This document shows positions 1 to 6,788 of a DNA stretch of 28,804 nt, one piece after another. Every line of letters starts with the position of its first letter. Positions within the stretch are counted from its first letter, which is position 1. The stretch is from a virus (Duplodnaviria; Heunggongvirae; Uroviricota; Caudoviricetes). Both the position numbers and the translations under genes were made by a program. The stretch lies in the IMG/VR virus record IMGVR_UViG_3300049444_000130; one strand, 5' to 3'. Below the pieces are notes generated by a model, which was not told where the DNA came from, did not search any database, and saw only the letters and a program-made list of their open reading frames with translations.

Positions 1-2
1 TT

Positions 3-1043
3 TTTGAGGAATACCCGCTGGCCCTGATTGAACGGCTGGCGCACGTGCAAGCCGCCCTTGGCCAGCCCTGGACGCTCGAGGGGCTGTACAGCGTGTCCGT
101 CTTGCGGGTGCACATGGAACGCCTGCTCGCCGACTACCTGTCACACCTGGGCTTTCATGCCACGGGCAAGCTCACCGCCCTCATTGGCGAGTACCGCAAG
201 AGCGGCACCACGGACCTGGTGGCCGATGCCCTCATTGACGACTTAGAGAAACCACGCGATCACTTTACCAAGGTCACGAGTAACCTCATTCCGGCCTTTC
301 GTGGGGTGGTGGGGGCGCCCCTGGGGCCGCTGTTCTCGACCCTCCCGGCGGACGTCACCTGGACGCGGATTGTCGAGGAGGAGATGGTGGTCTACGTGGC
401 GCTCGCCTCGATGCTGCTCGGCGATATAGCCAACCGCATTGGTCGCGTCATCCTGCAAGACCTGGTGGGGTATCTCGGGCGGCGGTATGCCTATGACGAC
501 ATGACGACCGCCTCGCCCATCACCGTGCTGATCGATGAGTTTGGCGACGTGGCCTACCCCTTGTTCACCAATGCCCTCAATAAAGGGGGAGGCGCGAATG
601 CCCGCTTCATGCTGGCGCAGCAGTCGCTGGCCGATGCCGAGGCCGCGATGGGGCCGGCGCAGGCACGCCGCGTGCTCGACAACCTCAACACCAAAATCTG
701 GTGTCGCCTGGCGGATGATCGTACGGCCAAGGAAGCGACCGACGGGCTGGGCCTGTGTACCGTCCAGCTTCCTGAAACCAGCGTGGGCCTGTCGTATGGC
801 GGTGTCGGGGGACTCAGTGGCTCCGCGCACCGGCGCCTGGCCCCCAAAGAGGTGCCCCTGATCCGGCCCACCTGGCTCACGGCCCTCCCCCGGGGCGAGG
901 CGTTCGTGCGGATGAAAGGCGAGGTGTGGAAGCTGCGCGTCCCGCTGCTCACGCCCGTCCCCCAGGAGATGCTCGACACCCTCGGGCTGACGGCCCTGTG
1001 GACTGGCCTTGATCCGGCTACCGCCCCAGGTACACCGCCGTAG
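3..1043 (+). CDS. traD: Type IV coupling protein (TraD/VirD4 family), C-terminal part, 5' truncated by window edge
   Basis: Frame is open from base 3. Walker-B-like VLIDEF, then QSLAD and VLDNLNTKIWCRLAD, and the C-terminal LPRGEAFV motif typical of TraG/TraD C-terminal domains. Confidence 0.8.
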   Translation, partial: FEEYPLALIERLAHVQAALGQPWTLEGLYSVSVLRVHMERLLADYLSHLGFHATGKLTALIGEYRKSGTTDLVADALIDDLEKPRDHFTKVTSNLIPAFRGVVGAPLGPLFSTLPADVTWTRIVEEEMVVYVALASMLLGDIANRIGRVILQDLVGYLGRRYAYDDMTTASPITVLIDEFGDVAYPLFTNALNKGGGANARFMLAQQSLADAEAAMGPAQARRVLDNLNTKIWCRLADDRTAKEATDGLGLCTVQLPETSVGLSYGGVGGLSGSAHRRLAPKEVPLIRPTWLTALPRGEAFVRMKGEVWKLRVPLLTPVPQEMLDTLGLTALWTGLDPATAPGTPP

Positions 1044-1124
1044 CGGTTGCCAATGAGCGTATTCGAGCGCATCGCCATCTTGGGCCGTACGAGTACGGGC
1101 ACCAAAACACGGAAAGGACACTCT

Positions 1125-1601
1125 ATGAAAGAAGCAAAGAAGGCGCTGTCGGCACGCCCCATCGCCACGCTCATACTCCTATTCCTCGGCATAGGCTTCG
1201 TAACCTATAGTGCAGTGAAGATGCACGCCACCAGCATCCCAACGGTCCCAATGGAAGCAGCGACACCCCCCAGCATACCTCCCTTCCCCGTCAAGCATAT
1301 CCGTCCCGATATGTCACGGGAGGAGGAAGAAATACGAGTAAGTGTGGACCGTAGAACCTGGGAAACACCTCCCAGCTTTAACCTGACCGATTTTCGCTAT
1401 TTCCGCGTCTACCACCGCGAGCTGGATCAGGAGCTCATCTATTGGGTAGGAGACCTTCGCTGGTGCGATGAGGAACCAGCAAAAGAGCAAAGTTTTTATT
1501 CGTACCTGACTGATGCCTACTGTTACGACAAGGGACATAATCATGCCATTCTCGGTTCAGATATGACATGCGATAACTGTATCCGACCCATACGGCGATG
1601 A
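1125..1601 (+). CDS. Hypothetical protein with N-terminal transmembrane/signal segment
   Basis: AAAGGA RBS upstream of ATG 1125; hydrophobic stretch IATLILLFLGIGFVTYSAV; lower GC than neighbours. Confidence 0.65.
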   Translation: MKEAKKALSARPIATLILLFLGIGFVTYSAVKMHATSIPTVPMEAATPPSIPPFPVKHIRPDMSREEEEIRVSVDRRTWETPPSFNLTDFRYFRVYHRELDQELIYWVGDLRWCDEEPAKEQSFYSYLTDAYCYDKGHNHAILGSDMTCDNCIRPIRR

Positions 1602-2084
1602 GAACACCTCCAGAACAGTCAACGACTGCCGACTAAAGATCGGCAGCTTGTCGCTGACTGACAGTCAGCCCAGGGTAGCCAGACTGACACGCGCGACCTT
1701 GGATCGTGTACCACGGTCCGTGAGGGTGATTGACTGCACCCCGATTGCCTTGATGTCTTTGAAGTAGAAAGTAACTATGGCGACACCTGACCTGAGCCCA
1801 ACCGTTGATCACCGTTGCCGGTGTGCCTTTAGCTCTGGAAGAAATTATAACAGTTTATTTGTAACCTTTACAACAGTTTATGCGGCGCTGCCGCACGAGG
1901 AATTGAGCCGTACTGGCTCAACCTCCTATCCCTCTGCTCCCTAAAGGAAGCAGTATCCCGGAGGTCTTTATGAGTCTCCTGTTGTCAGATTCAAGGCCCT
2001 TTTTCACGAATGAAAGGAGAACGATGATCCAACAATTTTTTGGTACGCTCGAAGTCGATACGGCGCGACGGGCCTTGCCCCCCA

Positions 2085-2957
2085 CTACCGCCCGAGATAC
2101 ACCGCCGTGATCGCCTCACGGTGATGGCCCATTTCCGCGCTGATCATGAGGCGGACATCCTCATCAATCTGTCGCTGCATCGGGGTGAGCTGTCCCCGCG
2201 AGGGGCCTCCTGCCTTGGGCGCCAGAAAGCCGGCCAGCACGGCAAAGCGCTCCTGCGCGTACGCGTGTCGTAAGCCGTGCATCTTGTCGAGGTTGGCGCG
2301 GCGGCAGTGGCCCTCATAACTGTGGAGCTGCTGGGCATACGTCTTATGCTTGGGAATCAAACTGGCGTTGTGGAAGCGCGCCAAGGCCTTGGCGCGGTCG
2401 AGCACCTCGCGCTGGGCCGGGGTCTCCAGCGGAATCGTCCGGGGTTGTCCCCCTTTGCACCAACTGCCCTGTAAGGCCAGCTCCGTCCCGTGGTCCGCCT
2501 CGTGCGGCTTGAGTTTGATCGCTTCCTGGCGCCGCAGCCCAAAGGCCCGTTGGAGTTCGAGACTCATGCGGACGTAGGCATTCTGGACACGCGAGAGGCC
2601 CTCGGGGCTGAGCTGGCGTGCCTTGGAGACCGTGGGAATCGGCTGGCGCTTGGCGATGCCATAGGCGTCATTGGTGGCCTTGAGCATGTCGGCTTTGCCA
2701 ATGTGGGCCGCCCACCAGCGCAGGACACTCATGCGGTTCTTCTGGGTGGACGGGCTCAAGCCATCGCCCTGCCACTGGCGGAGCAGGGCGTGGACATGCC
2801 GGCCCTTGAGATCATAGGCGTGGAGCTGCTGAAACCCTGCCGCGATCAGCTGCTCGCCCATCTGGTGGAGGATGGCTTTACGGTTGGCTTGCGTGGCGTA
2901 ACTGCCTTCGCGGGCACGCTGGGTCAGTTGTTTGAGTTCGTACAGTAAATCGCGCAT
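2085..2957 (-). CDS. Tyrosine recombinase (Phage_int_SAM_2 + Integrase_1-like)
   Basis: N-terminus MRDLLYELKQLTQRAREGSYATQ is typical of this family. Catalytic set GLRRQE (R), HGLRH (HxxR), MGH (H) and AVYLG (Y) is present. Confidence 0.88.
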   Translation of the reverse strand: MRDLLYELKQLTQRAREGSYATQANRKAILHQMGEQLIAAGFQQLHAYDLKGRHVHALLRQWQGDGLSPSTQKNRMSVLRWWAAHIGKADMLKATNDAYGIAKRQPIPTVSKARQLSPEGLSRVQNAYVRMSLELQRAFGLRRQEAIKLKPHEADHGTELALQGSWCKGGQPRTIPLETPAQREVLDRAKALARFHNASLIPKHKTYAQQLHSYEGHCRRANLDKMHGLRHAYAQERFAVLAGFLAPKAGGPSRGQLTPMQRQIDEDVRLMISAEMGHHREAITAVYLGR

Positions 2958-3229
2958 GTGTTCGCCTCGTCACGTGGTCAATGTTAATGGAAACTCACAC
3001 CGTGAGAACGGGGAGTCTGTGGTACCGGCACGAACACCGCCCTCGTGGGTACGAGGGCGTCAGAACCAGGATGGCACGTGAGCAATGACGCGGGGTCTCC
3101 TTCCCCACAACGATGGATGTCGAGCAGACACACGTCTGCCAGTGTCTATGGCACCAACAGCCTTGAACACATGGATACAGGCAGGCTGAAACCTGTATCA
3201 CCTGGAGAGCATGTGTGAGAAGATCAAGA

Positions 3230-3294
3230 CCCCAACAGTGTGGGGAGCAGGACGCGCAACGGTGTGCGCCGCAGGCAGGCTCAACGATGTGAGC
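3230..3294. repeat. Three tandem hairpins with conserved AACRRTGT core and compensating 4-bp stems
   Basis: cccc-aacagtgt-gggg (3230-3245), gcgc-aacggtgt-gcgc (3254-3269), gctc-aacgatgt-gagc (3279-3294); period 24-25 nt. Confidence 0.85.
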
Positions 3295-3370
3295 AGCTGA
3301 TGCTAGGAGCCCGACAACCTAGCTACCGATGGGGCTTTCGTCTACACCGGAGTGCAGACATGAGGGGTAC

Positions 3371-3400
3371 AATATACGACAGGCGAGGCGGGTATGTCAA
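3371..3400 (-). promoter_or_regulatory. Sigma70-type promoter pointing toward the recombinase
   Basis: Minus strand TTGACA (3400-3395), 18 nt spacer, TATATT (3376-3371). Confidence 0.65.
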
Positions 3401-3615
3401 GAGGTCCCTTGTGGCGTGGCACTGTTGGGAAAGGAGGAAAGACGTCGTGCGGAAGTCCTTGATTTTCCAAAGCGTTGCGTTCTTTATAGCGCCGCGTCAC
3501 TACAGCAATGCTCGTAGTGACGCGGCTCACGCCGTGTAGGTGTGGCCGCTCCGCTTTGCTCTGCGACCATGGGGGCTGTGCGCGCTGACGCACGCAGCAC
3601 GCCTGGTGGCATGGT

Positions 3616-3846
3616 ATGCTGGGCGTGGGCCTGTCGTCATTCACCATGTCTGGAGGCATCGTTGTGGGCAGTGGGATTCTCGTCGGCACGCTCCTGGTGC
3701 TGTGCATCAGTTTTGGCCTGTGGCAGCACTCCTACTGGGCCGGGCTCTTTTGCTTTGCGCTCATCGTTGTCTTACTGCATGTCGGGCTGGAGGTGATTCG
3801 CCTGGTGGCCTGGAACTGTGATCCCGACCTGGAAGACGACGTATGA
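3616..3846 (+). CDS. Small membrane protein
   Basis: 76 aa with 2-3 hydrophobic segments and an acidic tail; stop overlaps the next ATG. Confidence 0.5.
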   Translation: MLGVGLSSFTMSGGIVVGSGILVGTLLVLCISFGLWQHSYWAGLFCFALIVVLLHVGLEVIRLVAWNCDPDLEDDV

Positions 3847-4205
3847 GTACCGAGCCGTCTGCATCCCGACTCTCCCTCGCGGACCGCCAGGTGCTCCTCC
3901 ACGCCCTGCAGGACGACCACCAGCGCTTGCCGCGCTGGTGGGACACGACAACCCCCATGCATACCCGCTTGCTGCTCTATGGCTATATTATCGAAGACTT
4001 TTGGACAGACACGGCGACCCAGCACCGGCTGCACCTCGCCCAACAGGCGTGGATTCGTCGGGCACGGCAGGCCCTGCGGCAGGGCGGATGGGAAACAGCC
4101 CTGGCGTATCTGCTCCACGCCCGTCAGGCCCAAGCGGAGGCGCACCGGCGCGGCTGGCGCGTCACGGCGGCGGGGCGTGCGGCGGTGGAGGGCCGGCCCT
4201 CATGA
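3843..4205 (+). CDS. Hypothetical protein
   Basis: 120 aa with 4-nt overlaps to the genes on both sides. Confidence 0.55.
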   Translation: MSTEPSASRLSLADRQVLLHALQDDHQRLPRWWDTTTPMHTRLLLYGYIIEDFWTDTATQHRLHLAQQAWIRRARQALRQGGWETALAYLLHARQAQAEAHRRGWRVTAAGRAAVEGRPS

Positions 4206-4695
4206 CCACGCTCGGACTGTTGGCACTGCTCCTGGTCTTTGATTTTCCCAGGGCGACGTCTCCTCCGCCAGATCACTTTGTCATTACGGCCACACACGAG
4301 GACGGCCAGACCGACACGCTCCACGTCCCCCCCAGTGCCGTCGGCGCGTGTCAGGACGACCACCCCAATACCTACTGTGCGCAGTGTGGCCGGGCTGCCC
4401 TGGGGAGGGCGTGGTCACGCTCACGGTGCAGGCGGTGCGCGGCAGGGACACCAGTGCGATTGAGACGCGGGTGGTGTGCCAGTTCAGTGTGCTGGCGCCC
4501 TGCGTCTGCCTGCCGGTCGAGGGCCAGTCGCGCGCCGGCACCGTGGCGGCCAACGAAGCGGACGGAGCCGTCCCCGAGGCGCCGGCAGGGGTGCCTTCCG
4601 TGGTCCTGCCAGCGGCTCCCGCTCCTGCCACACCAGCCCGGGTCGTGGTGCAGTTGCCCACGTTCCCCGCATTGACGGTCAGGCCCGCAACGTGA
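4202..4695 (+). pseudogene. Exported Cys-containing protein with an apparent frameshift near 4385
   Basis: Signal-like MTTLGLLALLLVF...TYCAQ in one frame continues plausibly as WPGCPGEGVVTLTVQAV in the 4348-4695 frame; junction at gcagtgtggc. Confidence 0.45.
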
Positions 4696-4748
4696 CACTA
4701 GACAGGCTCCAGGCAGGAGCCAAGGAGAGCAAGGTGGAGGCGGAGTGC

Positions 4749-4778
4749 TTGACGTGCCCTCTATCACAGGAATATAGT
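4749..4778 (+). promoter_or_regulatory. Putative sigma70 promoter ahead of the packaging module
   Basis: TTGACG (4749-4754), 18 nt spacer, TATAGT (4773-4778). Confidence 0.5.
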
Positions 4779-4832
4779 ATACAGTCATACGCTGGTGGCT
4801 TTCCCTTTGGATGTCTCGCAATGGAGTCTCCC

Positions 4833-5816
4833 ATGCCGCGTGCGCCTATCCCCGTCCCTCTGTGGAAAAACCGTGTGAAAGAGCTGCGGTATGTCTCGCC
4901 TCGGGATCTAGTCGATCATCCGCTCCAGTGGCGGGAGCACCCCGATTTTCAACGATCCGCCCTGCGCGGCGTGTTGGACGAGGTGGGGATCGCCGGGGCG
5001 CTGCTGGCCTATGTCAGCCCAACGACCGGGCAGCTCACCGCCATCGACGGCCATCTGCGGAAAAGCCTGGGGGACGTGCCCTGGCCGACGCTGATTCTCG
5101 ATCTGACCGATGCCGAAGCGGCCTTGCTCCTGAGTACCCATGATCCCCTGGCGGCCCTGGCGGAGAGCAACCACGACCAACTGGCCACTTTGTTGCAGGC
5201 CGTCCACAGTGATGACCCCGCGGTGCAACAGTTGCTCAATGACTTAGCCGAGGGACAGGGCGGAGGGGCCAGTGGTGGAGGCAACGGCTCCGACACGGCG
5301 CCTACCCCGACCTGGATCATTGGCGATAGCCAGGCCATGGACCTCCTGCCAGTCGCGTCCGACTTTGATTATCTCTTTACCTGTCCACCCTATGCCGACC
5401 TCGAACGTTATAGCGACGATCCCCGTGACCTGTCCACCATGGCCTATCCCGCCTTTCTCGCCGCCTATCGCCAGATTATTGCTGCCAGTCTCGCTCGCCT
5501 CCGAGAGGACCGTTTTGCCTGTATTGTGGTGGGGGATATTCGAGATCCCCACGGGTATTATCGCAATTTTGTCAGTGAGACCATCGCGGCGTTTCAGGAG
5601 GCAGGGGCACGGCTCTACAATGAAGCGATTCTGGTGACCGCGGTAGGATCGTTACCATTACGAGCGGGAATTCCCTTTACGGCCAGTCGCAAGCTCGGCA
5701 AAACGCATCAACAAGTGCTGGTGTTTCTGAAGGGAAACGCGAAGCGGGCCACTGAGGCATGTGGCCCGGTCGAGGTGGCGGAGGAGCCGGTGGGGGTTAC
5801 GCTCGCTGAGGCATAG
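4833..5816 (+). CDS. ParB-like domain fused to a DNA amino-methyltransferase catalytic domain (SAM-binding motif not found)
   Basis: ParB-like IDGHLR motif; MTase motif IV FTCPPY with LERYSDDPRDLS; GGAG RBS before ATG 4833 (alternative ATG 4821). Confidence 0.75.
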   Translation: MPRAPIPVPLWKNRVKELRYVSPRDLVDHPLQWREHPDFQRSALRGVLDEVGIAGALLAYVSPTTGQLTAIDGHLRKSLGDVPWPTLILDLTDAEAALLLSTHDPLAALAESNHDQLATLLQAVHSDDPAVQQLLNDLAEGQGGGASGGGNGSDTAPTPTWIIGDSQAMDLLPVASDFDYLFTCPPYADLERYSDDPRDLSTMAYPAFLAAYRQIIAASLARLREDRFACIVVGDIRDPHGYYRNFVSETIAAFQEAGARLYNEAILVTAVGSLPLRAGIPFTASRKLGKTHQQVLVFLKGNAKRATEACGPVEVAEEPVGVTLAEA

Positions 5817-6048
5817 GCCGGAGGGCGCGATATTCCATGTAGAAGCCGACGGGCCGTTGATACCGAGCCGTACGGGCCGGGGTCACGACCGTCCCCGTAT
5901 AGGGGACATAGATGACTCCCGCATGTTCCAGATTGGGAAGATGCCGGCCCTGTAAGGCCGTCTCGAGCGGAAATGCGGCCACGGCGAGACGGCAGCCCGT
6001 CGCGGTATGACTATAGGTAATGGTCGAAGGAGACGGAAGAAGAGACAT
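5797..6048 (-). CDS. Small hypothetical protein
   Basis: AGGAG RBS upstream of ATG 6048; 83 aa. Confidence 0.45.
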   Translation of the reverse strand: MSLLPSPSTITYSHTATGCRLAVAAFPLETALQGRHLPNLEHAGVIYVPYTGTVVTPARTARYQRPVGFYMEYRALRPMPQRA

Positions 6049-6176
6049 CGCATCACTCCTGGGTTGAAAAGGCACGGGAACATCGCAGGAGTCTACCATT
6101 GTTCTAACGACACTGCCACTGTTTGTTCCAGTTTGGGCTGTCGTTTTTCTGTTTGTCCTTATGCGTAGAGACTAAT

Positions 6177-6788
6177 ATGGCCAGCCGCAACCAAACCGCT
6201 GTCTTGGAACGGCGCCACCACGTCGCCCGGTTGTATTTGCAAGGCGAGCAACAATACGCGATCGGCCGCGCGGTGGGGGTGTCGCAAGCCCAGGTGAGCA
6301 TGGATCTTGCGGCCATTAGGGGCCTATGGCTCGCCTCGTTGGTCCGCGATTTCGATGCCAAAAAAGCGGCGGAATTAGCGCGTATTGATCTCATTGAGAC
6401 GGAAGCCTGGGCGGCCTGGCACCGGTCGCAGCAACCGCGAGAAGTGACCTTCACGGAAGCCACCGAGGGGGGAGAGGTCATCGAGGCGGATGGCACGCGC
6501 CACGCGAAAGCGCCCACGCGCAAGGCCAGCATGCGGCGGGAAGGGCAGGCGGGGGACGCGCGTTTTCTGGAGCGCATCCAGAAATGTATTGATCAGCGCT
6601 GCGAGATTCTGGGGCTCAAAGCGCCCCAGAAAACCGCCGCCACCTTGCCGGATGGCACGGCCCTGCCACCCCCGATCCAAGGGCCAGATGTCACCTTCTT
6701 TACCGAGCTGGCGCTCCTCTTTCAGCAATTAGGACCCACGCATGTCCACGATGCTCGCGCCAGCAGCCTCCCCGTGGTGGACGCCTGA
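6177..6788 (+). CDS. Putative terminase small subunit (N-terminal HTH)
   Basis: HTH-like QYAIGRAVGVSQAQVSMDL; lies directly upstream of and overlaps TerL. Confidence 0.65.
   Translation: MASRNQTAVLERRHHVARLYLQGEQQYAIGRAVGVSQAQVSMDLAAIRGLWLASLVRDFDAKKAAELARIDLIETEAWAAWHRSQQPREVTFTEATEGGEVIEADGTRHAKAPTRKASMRREGQAGDARFLERIQKCIDQRCEILGLKAPQKTAATLPDGTALPPPIQGPDVTFFTELALLFQQLGPTHVHDARASSLPVVDA

Noticed and set aside
3230-3294. CRISPR-like mini array
   Set aside because: Units are 24-25 nt with no unique spacers of CRISPR length, and there are no cas genes.
4476-4832. Longer N-terminus for the ParB-MTase ORF
   Set aside because: Overlaps the upstream gene and a promoter; the RBS supports a start at 4833 or 4821.
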